From positions 372,001 to 436,000 of the forward strand of contig NW_025767096.1 in the NCBI RefSeq assembly GCF_003918875.1: DNA of 64,000 bases, read 5' to 3'. Position 1 is the stretch's first letter. Each line of letters begins with the position of its first letter. The notes under the pieces were generated by a model that worked only from the letters and a program-made list of their open reading frames with translations, did no database searches and was not told where the DNA came from. Position numbers and translations under genes: made by a program. Shown here one piece after another: positions 36,401 through 46,726 of this stretch. The stretch is from Haliotis rubra (Eukaryota).

Positions 36401-39400
36401 TATAAGGAAACTGATGGTTATGTTTTTGCTTTCAGCCCATTTTGATTGATGCCCGAGGGCATCTGCTCGGGCGTCTGGCCTCAATTGTTGCCAAGACATT
36501 ACTGCAAGGTAAATATTGAACAGCTGGATGGGAACCAGTCATGTTCATAAAGAACAAAAGATTGGAGTTACTGAAATGATGATAATGTTATTCAACTACC
36601 CCAAGTATTTTAGGTACATGTTATACTGGTACCAAACTGAATATGGTATCCCATGATGACTTATCCTACATTGTCTGAATCATGACGATTACCAAAACCT
36701 GAGGAAATAACATATTCAGTATAGAAAATTGCCATTGAAGTTATTAAAAGTGTTTTATTGTCTTATTTTTTAAAGTTTAGTACTTTGTCTTTCATCGTGG
36801 TATTGGATAAATATTAGGGTACTTTGTCAGAACAAACTAATGCTGTTTTTTCAGTCATCAGACTGAAACAGAACATGCACCACAGAAACTGCAGTGAAAT
36901 GTTGGATGACAAATAATGATCGTAAGTGCAGGATTTGGTATCAGTTACATTGTATTTTCCAGGTCAACGAGTTGTTGTTGTACGATGTGAAGGCATCTGC
37001 ATATCTGGCAACTTCTACAGAAACAAATGTAAGTTTTTGATCTCAGTTATTGCAATAACCATGCATTTTGTTATGTCCATGTCAATAACATCAGAATATA
37101 CACACTAGTTCTAGACTTAAGCAACCTGTAAGTTGTATCTGGAATGCATGTGGCACATTACTATTTTGATGATAGTACCATTGTGGTAGTGAATATTTTG
37201 TTCAAGTGTATGCCTCAAAAATGATACATTGACAATATACAGTGTAAATGCTGTAAGCTTTCGAGGTACTCTTGCATGGCCATGAAGACAAGGTCTCGTG
37301 TTTTAAAATTTTGCAGATGGAATCTACATGGTAAATATTACGTATGTACAAATTCATTCCATTATATGTGATTGTAGACACTACATGAAGGTGGTGTATT
37401 TGTGACCTGTGCTAATTCCAACTGACCTTTGTGTTACAGTAAAGTACCTAGACTTCCTGAAGAAGCGATGCAACGTGAACCCTGCTCGTGGCCCGTTCCA
37501 CTTCCGGGCTCCCAGAATGATCTTCTGGAGGACTGTCCGAGGTACCTTTCAGCATTTGTGCTCAACTTAAACTGTGGCTTAGCTTTTTAATTTATAGGCT
37601 TAAGATGCAAGACAAGTTAAAGCAGGGAATGAAAGTGTTTCACATATTACAAATTTACAGGAAGATTAAAATGACCAGAATCCCAACATAAATGAAGTGA
37701 TGAAAAGTTGTCTAACTTTAACTTGTTCAAAGAATTGAATCAGTCATTTCCAGTGATGTCTTTACCTACATTGTCTGAAACCTGAAGACAATCACAGAAC
37801 TGAGGAAATGATATGGCAAAAGGATATTGTTTCACTCACTGGTGATACTTGTGCATGCCTTGATCGTAGGAATGTTCTTTAGCCCAGTTGTAGCATCCCT
37901 TGCTGTGATACTGTGGAATAACAGCATAAAACCATAATCGATCACTCACTCACTAAGAATATGTATTCAGTGAAGAGAGATATAAACCAGCTGTTTGTGT
38001 TGATTTGAGGAGAGGCGATTTTCAATTGTGGAGAAAGGATTTGAAATTTGATAGTGTCTATTTTCAAGCCATCTAATAAAAAAGCAATTGTAAATGTCAT
38101 GTTTTGAAATAATACACATCAGTTCTCTCCTGGTTGGTAGTTTCATTTTGGAAACACTGTGCTTGCATTATGACTTTCACTTTTTTTTTAAACTTCAAGT
38201 GAAGCAAAGAACAAATTTATTTTAATTTGTGGGGAAATTCATTCATTTGGTATGAATCTGTTACCCATAAATAGCATTCAAATTCCAATAAGAATTTAAC
38301 AGAAGCAATATGGATGTTGATGAGAAAATGTAGGTGCAGTGTGTCTCAAGCGTGATATATTACAAAGCCAGCAGTTTCTAAATGATGATTATCCTTACCT
38401 ACATTGAATAATTGTGAAAATAGTCAAAGTCTGATAGAAACTGCTGAACACAGCTCCAGATGAGTTGCGTATTTGCGTATAATACGCTATAGAAAAGTTG
38501 AAATACGGAAGAAATATAAATGCCAGCGTATGAAAAAACACTAAATATTTACGTTTACGCTATGTCAAAATAAGAATGCTTATTTGCCCAATATATCAAA
38601 ATTATGTTGGTATCGTATCAATTCAAGCCAATCGAAACAAACTTTTCCATCTCCAAATATTTGCGATCAGAATATTCTTGTATAATTCTAAACGCACTTA
38701 AGATGTGCAACGCAGATAGAATACCAGTTATAGTTTGTTAACTCTTCACTGATTGGCCAATCTATAAATAGCTACCAATGAAATAGCTGCTTCCTGCGTA
38801 CATGACCTGTAAACAAAGCAAGCATGGTCGAAAGCTTCCACACGCTCAAAGTAAAATATCTTGGATTTTTTGCTTTACAAACAGAAAACAACTTCATTTG
38901 AGGACTGCTAGATGAATTAATATTATCCTGTGTTTCACAATCAGAATCAGTTGCCGGAGATATCTTAAATGAACTTGTAACATTAGCTATTTGCGGCATG
39001 GAAGTGAAACAACACGATGGGAACATGGTTTTGAAAAAACCCAGTTGCTCCGTGGAAAAGAAAATATCCATGGTTAATTTTGAATAAAAAATGTCTTATG
39101 AAGTCATGTTGTAGTGTGTGTCAGGCACACCTCTCTTACACTTGTTATTTGAAATGAATACCCTGGATCTTAAAAATATGGTGGGTATCGAAAAGTATAG
39201 ATAACCACTTGAAATTGGAAATACCCACTTAGTTTAAATAGTATGGGTATCATACCCACATGGCCATAGGTTTTTCTGGCTCTCTGTGAACAACTGAGCC
39301 TTGTCAGAATGTCTGTCTTTCTAAACATTAGGCCTCAATCAGTTATCCAGAATCAGTTATCCAGTGTATGGCATCTCCATTCTAACATTACATTCCCATG

Positions 39401-42400
39401 ACACATTGACCACCATAGCTTTGTTTTTGGGGCTACTTTGGATGACATGATGCTAGAAATAGATGTCCAGTCAAATTAATCTGTTCATCCATGAGTTACA
39501 CAACCAGATGTATTGTCAGTCTTGTTGCCACATACACACCTGTCGTGTCTTGTTGCCAAAGGTCTTTCATCCTCTTTGTACTCCAGCTAAGAAATCTTTA
39601 AACAATTTGTGCAAGTACAAGTTTCAGTACAAGAGGGGCAGCCTAGTGGTTATAGCCTTCACTCAAGCTGACGACCCGGGTTCCAGTCCCCACATTGGTA
39701 CAATATGTGAAGCCCATGTCTGGTGTCCCCAGACGTGATATTGCTGAAATAGTGCCTAAGCGGCATAAAATGTAACTCACTCCAGTACAAGATTTAACTT
39801 GCATTTTGCAACCGGCCTGTAAAACATAACAACCCTCTATTGCTGCTGTTGTAGTAGGCAACTCTTATTGTCAAATAATATAGCTTGTCAATGATGTTTA
39901 TCCATCCCATAGCGTTTTGAAGTTGATGAAACCACTTCACATGCACTACCATCTGAGACAGCTATAAGATACAATTTGTAATGGCTGCTGCTATTGTTGG
40001 AATCCTTTTTCATTGTTTGGTTATCTTGGCTATTTTGTATTTAGCGTATCATCCCATAGTGTTTTGTCCACCATATAGCTGGACTATTGCCGAGTGTGGC
40101 GTAAAACTACACTCCCTCACTCATAGTGTTTTGTAGTTGATGACTTCACATGCACTACCTTCTCAGACATCTACAAAACTCCTTCATAATACAAAGTGCA
40201 TTGTTCAAAGCTATTCAGTGTTGGGAGTCTTGGTCATATTGTGTGTAGTGTATTGCCTAAATAGCCCCTTGAGACCCATTTCAGATGATGTTTGATACTG
40301 CATTTTCACATTGTTGCTCTAGTCAGAGCTTATGGTGGTTAAATGTATTGTTTGCATCTTTGGTTTATTGAAGTTATTGTCAGTTTTCAAGATATAGCTT
40401 GTCAATGATGTTTATCCATCCCATAGCGTTTTGAAGTTGATGAAACCACTTCACATGCACTACCATCTGAGACAGCTATAGAAAACGTTCATAATACAAA
40501 GTGTAATGGCTGCTGCTGCCATTGTTCAAGCTATCTATTCAGTGTTGGGGTGTCTTGGTTATTTTGTCTGTCTAAATAGCTCCTTGAGAACCATTTCAGA
40601 GGGTGTGGGGGTTAGCCTAGTGGCATAGGCATTCGTTCGCCATGCCAAAGACCCGGGTTCGATTCCGTAGGTTTTTGTGATGTGTGATGCCCATTTGTGG
40701 TTTCCTGCGCAGTGATATTGCCGGAATATTGCTAAAAGTGACGTAAAATCTCACTTGCCCATTCCTAATTGTGTTTGATACTGCATTTTCACATTATTGC
40801 TCAGGTCCGGAGTTATGGTAGCTGAATTGTTGATATTTGCATCTCTACTTTATTGAAGTTGTCACTTTTCAAGATATAGCTTGTCAATGATGTTTATCCA
40901 TCCCATAGCGTTTTGAAGTTGATGAAACCACTTCACATGCACTACCATCTGAGACAGCTGTAGAACTACCTTATAATACAAAGTGCTGCTGCCTCAGCCA
41001 TTGTTCAAGCTATTCAGTGTTGGGGTGTCTTGGTTATGTTGTCTGTAGTGTATTATCCAAGTAGTCTCTTGTGACCTGTTGTAGATATTGTTTTCACATT
41101 GTTATTCAGTGACTAGCTGAATTATTGATATTTGCATCTTTGCTTCTTAAAATGGGCTGTCATTTTTTTGAAGGTCCCTTGAAGATCCATTTTAGAAATA
41201 GTCACTATGGGGATCGGGTGGTGTGGCTGACTTGGTTTAAATCATTTTTGCGATGTAAGTGTTAGCGTGTTGCCCCTTGAATGATCCATTTTAGAAATAG
41301 TCACTAGCAACCCATGCTTGTTATAAATGCTCATGCTGTTGATCACTGGATTGACTGTCTGGTCAAGACTCAATTATTTGCAGACTGCCGCCATATAGCT
41401 GGAATCTTGCCGAGTGCGGTGTTAAACATCTTTTAAAGATGTAATGTCAATGATCCATCCCATAGCATTTTGAAATGATGAATACACTTCACATGCACTA
41501 CCATCTGAGACAGCTATAGAAAACGTTCATAATACAAAGTGTAATGGCTGCTGCTGCCATTGTTTAAAGCTATTCAGTGATGGGGTGTCTTGGTCATGTC
41601 TGTAGCAGGGATTTACAGGAAGCGAATTCCTGCGTCCTTTGTGCATAAAAATTGACAATGGACGCAGCAAAATATATTAGCGAGTCCACAGGGAGTCAGG
41701 AAAAGTCTGAACACTTTTTGTAAAAAATTCCAATCAAGTACAATACGTTATCACTGAGTTTGCTACTAGCTGGCTTATGGTATTATTTGCAATTTAATTA
41801 CTGTAACAATGTGATGATCTTGATACACAATACAGTAACAATACTAATAATAATATTTAAGTGTCTGGGACCCCCATTTTGTTGTCCAGGACCCCTGAAA
41901 ATTACGAGTATGAGTCCCAGGGACCCTCGAATATAGGGCTCCATGTAAATCCCTGCTGTTGTGTATTGTCTAAATAGCCCTTTGAAGCCTGTTGTAGATA
42001 TTGTTTTCACATTGTTTCTCAAATCAGAGATGACTAGCTGAATTATTTATATTTGTATCCTTGATTCTTAGAATGGGCTGTCAGTTTTTAAAGAAATAGC
42101 TTGTCAATGATGTTTATCCATCCCATAGCGTTTTGAAGTTGATGAAACCACTTCACATGCACTACCATCTGAGACAGCTATAGAAAACGTTCATAATACA
42201 AAGTGTAATGGCTGCTGCTTCCATTGTTCAAGCTATCTATTCAGTGTTGGGGTGTCTTGGTTATTTTGTCTGTCTAAATAGCTCCTTGAGAACCATTTCA
42301 GTGGGGTTGTGGGTTAGCCTAGTGGCATAGGCATTCGTTCGCCATGCCAAAGACCCGGTTTGATTCTGTAGGTTTTTGCAATGTGTGATGCCCATTTGTG

Positions 42401-44917
42401 GTTTCCTGCACAGTGATATTGCCGGAATATTGCTAAAAGTGACGTAAAACATATCTCACTTGCCCATTCCTAATTGTGTTTGATACTCCATTTTCACATT
42501 ATTGCTCAGGTCCCAAGTTATGGTAGCTGAATTGTTGATATTTGCATTTCTACTTTATTGAAGTTGTCACTTTTCAAGATATAGCTTGTCAATGATGTTT
42601 ATCCATCCCATAGCGTTTTGAAGTTGATGAAACCACTTCACATGCACTACCATCTGAGACAGCTGTAGTAATATGCCTGCCCCCTCTGTATCAAGAAACT
42701 AAGATAGTGCTCAGTTTTGTCATGAGTGTCTTGCCTAGGTAGACCCTTAGGTTAAAATACTTCATGGGACTTATGTGAGACATTGGGTAATTTATGAGTC
42801 TGCAACATGTGATCAAAATGAATTTTCAAATGAATTGTTAGACAGTTATTTTTTGTATGATGATCAGGTGTATATATCTTTATAAAAACCTGATTTAATC
42901 AGTACAGTCATAAGTGTGGTAGTGTAGCCCAGCGGTTAAAGTGTTCGCTTGACACACTGAAGGCCTGGGTTTATTCCCCACATGCGTACAGTGTGTGAAG
43001 CCCATTTCTGATGTCCCTGCTGTGATATTGCTAAAAGTGGTGTAAAACCCAACTCTCTCTCACTCAGTACAGTCATGTCACCACATATTGTCTAGCAGGG
43101 TTGAGAGCCTTGCATGTTCCTATTTGAAGTGTTGTCCAACATGAAATTTCTTTCTGCCACTTAGTTATAACATTTCCAGTGATGACTTTACCTACATTGT
43201 CAGAAACCTGAAGACAAACACAGAACTGAGGAAATGAAGTTATTGTAGTAAAATAATGTTAATCAATTCAGTGGTTATCTTTGTATTTCTCAGGAGTTGC
43301 CTTTAGTATTGAAATATATTGTGTCAGTGTCTATAAAGGTAACGGCAGTTCACCTTCATGACTCACTACAGCGACTTTCATGTTTTCTTGTAGGTATGCT
43401 CCCCCACAAGCAGCCTCGTGGCAAAGCTGCCCTCAGAAAGCTGAAGATGTTTGAGGGGATCCCTGGACCCTATGACAAGATGAAGAGGCAGGTTGTTCCC
43501 TCCGCTCTCAAAGTGCTTCGCCTGAAGCCAACAAGCAGGGTAAGACCGTGGTGCATTCAGTATTCCTTACTTGTAATAAATCCTCATTGCTTTATGTGGT
43601 CCAGGATTAAGAAAATTACCAAGCTCTGATGCAGCTTGAATTTTGCTTACCGTATATATCCCTCTCATTAACAGCTTATACTATCCACATGCTAAATCGA
43701 GGGTTACTTTCTCTTGAAATGTAATTGGTAAAGTAATTGTTAATAACTCAAGGTGTCCACACCTGATGATCTGAACACTCACTTCATGTTGTATAATTCC
43801 CTGTCTGAAGTATCATGCTTTGAGGAGATTCTGTTGAAAACTTGTCTGTGATGTTTACTCATCCCATAGCGTTTTGAAGCTGATGAAAAAGCTTTTACAT
43901 GCACTACCATCTGAGACAAGCTCAGACTTTCCACCATTGTCTCATGCCAGTGGGGACACGTTGTGATGCAGTGTTTGTGTTCCAGTACTGTCAGCTGGAC
44001 CGCCTGTCAAGTGAGGTTGGCTGGATGTACCAGGGAGTGGTGGCCAAGCTTGAAGAAAAGAGGAAGGTCAAATCAAATGATTACTTCAAGAGGAGGAAGT
44101 CCACCCTTGTAAGTTCTAATCCTAAGTGGAGTTGTTTATCATCTTAATTGTGCCAGTGTTTGCTGACAGCATGTTGGACATTTCTGATGACTGTTCATAT
44201 CCAAGCAGCATGAATTTGTCAATTTGTGGCTTGAGTGAGACTATCAGAATTAATTTTAGTTATAGCGCAGATTAGAAAAGTGCTTGAATATTCCCATCTC
44301 AAATTTACCTGAAAGTACATTGCAGCTTAGCACACGGAGAAAATAAGATTGAAGTGTTGACAAACTTTCATGCAAACAATTTGGACACAATGTTTAGTTT
44401 TTGACAAAAGGGTTTCCTTTCCTTAATGATTGCTTACCTGTGTACCTCGTTGGTCAGTGATGATAAAAACCTGGTATTGAAATTGATGAAAAGAGCAACA
44501 TGCACTACCAGCTGAGACTGACAGGAATGGGTGTACTTGTGCAAATGTAGAACGTTTAGATGTTTAATGACTGCAGGCACTGCAGACACAAAATTCATGT
44601 GCCTTCTGACCAAGTTGTGAAAAAGTATCACAGATGTAACTTTCATTTCAAATATAATATACAGATCTATCTTAGAACTGTTGATACTCTCTTAACGACC
44701 CTTGAAACTTATAAGCAATTGGTAGATAACCTCAAACTATAATGTACCCAACCATAATTAATTGAAGTCTTCAGTTGTGGTCAGAGGTCTTGCAACCCAG
44801 GGCATGAGCTTGATATCCTCTTGTCTGTTACAGCGTCTCCGAGAACAAGCCAGGAAAAATGTCCAACCCAAGGTCAAGAAACAGCAACAACTTATCGAGA
44901 GCTGTGGGTACCAGTGA
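33444..44917 (+). CDS. RPL13A: 60S ribosomal protein L13a (uL13), 203 aa
   Basis: Exons 33444-33461, 36436-36508, 36963-37028, 37440-37541, 43394-43539, 43986-44108, 44834-44917 (612 nt). [26 protein letters not shown]...[12 protein letters not shown]...GMLPHK...[10 protein letters not shown]...[13 protein letters not shown]...EVGW. AATAAA at 44934-44939. Confidence 0.98.
34127..35900. repeat. Satellite of 11 x ~160-bp units containing TTAGGG telomeric hexamers and nested inverted repeats, in RPL13A coding intron 1
   Basis: Unit starts near 34127, 34283, 34444, 34603, 34768, 34931, 35094, 35258, 35421, 35581, 35742. Each unit has TTAGGG x2 and TTAGGG x3 blocks. Confidence 0.95.
36636..36720 (+). 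ncRNA. SNORD34: Box C/D snoRNA, SNORD34 (U34)-like, RPL13A coding intron 2
   Basis: C box ATGATGA 36653, guide CCTACATTGT + D' CTGA, C' ATGACGA, D CTGA 36699, extended stem actgaatatg/catattcagt. ACCTACATTGT is the recalled U34 guide against 28S ACAAUGUAGGU. Confidence 0.8.
37744..37811 (+). ncRNA. SNORD34: Box C/D snoRNA, SNORD34-like
   Basis: Stem tcatttcc/ggaaatga, C GTGATGT, guide TTACCTACATTGT + D' CTGA, C' CTGAAGA, D CTGA 37800. Confidence 0.85.
38369..38446 (+). ncRNA. Box C/D snoRNA, SNORD34-related with shifted guide
   Basis: Perfect 12-bp stem cagcagtttcta/tagaaactgctg, C ATGATGA 38382, guide CCTTACCTACA + D' TTGA, C' GTGAAAA, D CTGA 38431. Confidence 0.75.
39886..39960 (+). ncRNA. 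SNORD33: Box C/D snoRNA, SNORD33 (U33)-like, array copy 1
   Basis: tgtc-A-ATGATGT...CACATGCACTACCAT-CTGA-gaca. The 3' end matches the recalled human U33 end, and the guide pairs with 18S UGGUGGUGCAUG. Confidence 0.88.
40047..40169 (+). pseudogene. Decayed SNORD33-like copy 2, split by a SINE 3' fragment
   Basis: No C box, D box mutated (tctca). SINE tail 40068-40121 is flanked by a 13-bp TSD catagtgttttgt. Confidence 0.75.
40400..40474 (+). ncRNA. SNORD33: SNORD33-like array copy 3
   Basis: Identical to copy 1; stem atagcttgtc/gacagctat. Confidence 0.88.
40882..40956 (+). ncRNA. SNORD33: SNORD33-like array copy 4
   Basis: Identical to copy 1. Confidence 0.88.
41445..41512 (+). ncRNA. SNORD33: SNORD33-like array copy 5 (C box damaged by a short deletion)
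   Basis: ATGATCC in place of ATGATGT; D guide and D box intact. Confidence 0.6.
41606..41955. mobile_element. hAT-like MITE inserted in a spacer of the snoRNA array
   Basis: TIR cagggatttaca/tgtaaatccctg; flanks ctgtag/ctgttg; the spacer sequence resumes after it. Confidence 0.75.
42102..42176 (+). ncRNA. SNORD33: SNORD33-like array copy 6
   Basis: Identical to copy 1. Confidence 0.88.
42587..42661 (+). ncRNA. SNORD33: SNORD33-like array copy 7
   Basis: Identical to copy 1. Confidence 0.88.
43171..43236 (+). ncRNA. SNORD34: Box C/D snoRNA, SNORD34-like (paralog of the 37744 copy)
   Basis: Stem catttcc/ggaaatg, C GTGATGA, guide TTACCTACATTGT + D' CAGA, D CTGA 43226. Confidence 0.85.
43841..43920 (+). 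ncRNA. SNORD33: SNORD33-like, diverged paralog in RPL13A coding intron 5
   Basis: Stem cttgtc/gacaag, C GTGATGT. Both guides conserved (TCATCCCATAGCG; ACATGCACTACCAT-CTGA). D box ~70 nt upstream of the acceptor. Confidence 0.88.
44453..44518 (+). ncRNA. SNORD33: SNORD33-like single-guide variant in RPL13A coding intron 6
   Basis: gtc-A-GTGATGA...TTGA...TTGATGA...ACATGCACTACCAG-CTGA-gac. Confidence 0.8.
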
Positions 44918-46726
44918 GACATGTACAAAGAGTAATAAATTTCTGTGGGGAATCTTAATGTTTTTGTTATTCTCTGTCAGACTTTACAAATCGAACTGGA
45001 AACCACAATGGAAATACAATTACCATGGGGACACGGAATTACAATTAGTTCCCAGCAAATTATGGCAGTCATGGAACGACCAAGTGGATCAGGTTGTTGT
45101 GGAACTTGGTTGATATTTCATCATCATGCTGTGAGATTTGTGACTCATTGTTTATGTTGTCTATCACTGAATTTTCTGTTCAAGACTCGATCTACAGACC
45201 GTTGTCAAATAGCTGAAATATTGCAGAATGCTGTGTTAAGCAAACCATCCATCAATGGCCCATGGTTGTCCATAGAACCCTTGAAAGGCATGAGCGGGAG
45301 TCGTGGAAGAACATTTTGTCAAATGTTTCCTGGTGATGTGGAGTGTGGCCCCTTATATTTTGAGGATGATTTGTGCAACAGTAACTTAAATGTAGGCAAG
45401 GAGTGTGTTCTCATGATCCTTTAAAAGTGTGGAAAGTGAACATCAGTGTTCTTGGAATACAGAAGTTAACTCACTTTGCTGCGTTAAGAGGAGAATAAAT
45501 TGATTGTGTAGTGACTGACTCGGTAATTCCTTATATAACAAAAGTTGGTTGATTTGACAAGACCATTTGGAGCCTGTTGCCATGTAGTTACGAGTTACAC
45601 TGAGTGCCCTCCAACATCAAACCTTTCCTGTCCGCCAGTGTTGTCTCCACATACTGGTGTCGAAGATTGTTTTACTGAATTCTGATAACTAATTAAAACT
45701 TGATTTTATATTTCTATGGCAGTGGTCGTGTGAAAACGCGTCATTCATCTTTATATCCATGTTCAAGTGACCACTCAATGTGCGAAATGCTGCAAAATTA
45801 AACAAAGCCTCTGTTGCAGCTTCACTGATCTGTTTTTTTCCAATATTCCATGTTCCTCTGACAAGATGCCTGGTCATTGCTTAAAGCAACTTTTTCTGGA
45901 CAATCAGGGTTAAAATTTGTCATGTCAAATCATAAACTAAAGATCATGCCACATTTAATTCCCGAATCAAATGTTTTACCATCCAGTGACCATTTCTTTT
46001 CAGTGTTTTGTTTGGCCACAATCAAACTTTGGTGTACACTTTCTGTTGTATTTCATTTAATGTAGTGAAAATAGCAAAAGTGTGATTAACTTCAGAAATG
46101 AAACTTTCCGTTTGGGACATTCACATATACGATCGTACAGAGGGTATGTAATGGTGATTGTCAAATGCGTGGGTAATCCTACCCTGAAAAGACAAACTGC
46201 AAACCACTTTACTTTTATTATATATGAATATGTGTATACTTTATAACGACCCTCACTAGAGAGATATGTAATGGATAAAAAAAATCAAACTTATTACAAA
46301 TTATTTGTATTGGTATTTAAACATTTCCAAACACGATGAACCTCTCGGTCACCTATGGAGAAGGACCAGCTGGTACATCTTACAGGAAATGTTCAGGGAC
46401 ACATGCATCATTTGACAATAACCATTTGGAAATCCTGGCCATGAGCCACGACGACTCCTTGAATCTCATCACACTGGTATATATACTCATGGAAACGAAT
46501 ACGGGAACACAGAACACATGTTACTGTACTCTTTTCTGGGTTTCTTCATATGCTTTCTATTGCATTGTGAATGAAATTCCGGGAAATGATTAAAGGAACA
46601 CTTGCACTTTCGAGTATATAATCACAGTCGCGAGTGGCATTATGGGGTTATCGTCACTCTGCAGGGAAAAGGGCCAATACTTTACAGGTACTCTGATGGC
46701 ACTGTCCGTATCATTTAAATCCAATC

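Noticed and set aside
36576-36640. Extra C/D snoRNA (ATGATGA...CTGA)
   Set aside because: Its CTGA is part of the terminal stem of the adjacent SNORD34-like gene; it has no stem of its own and no convincing guide.
37270-37385. H/ACA snoRNA candidate in RPL13A intron 3
   Set aside because: Two loose hairpins and an ACA are present, but the hinge lacks an ANANNA H box.
39886-42661. CRISPR-like repeat-spacer array
   Set aside because: Repeats are 75-nt snoRNAs, spacers are homologous to one another and ~500 bp, the context is eukaryotic, and there are no cas genes.
44945-45424. 159-aa ORF downstream of RPL13A
   Set aside because: Non-ATG start, overlaps a SINE fragment, no recognisable domain.
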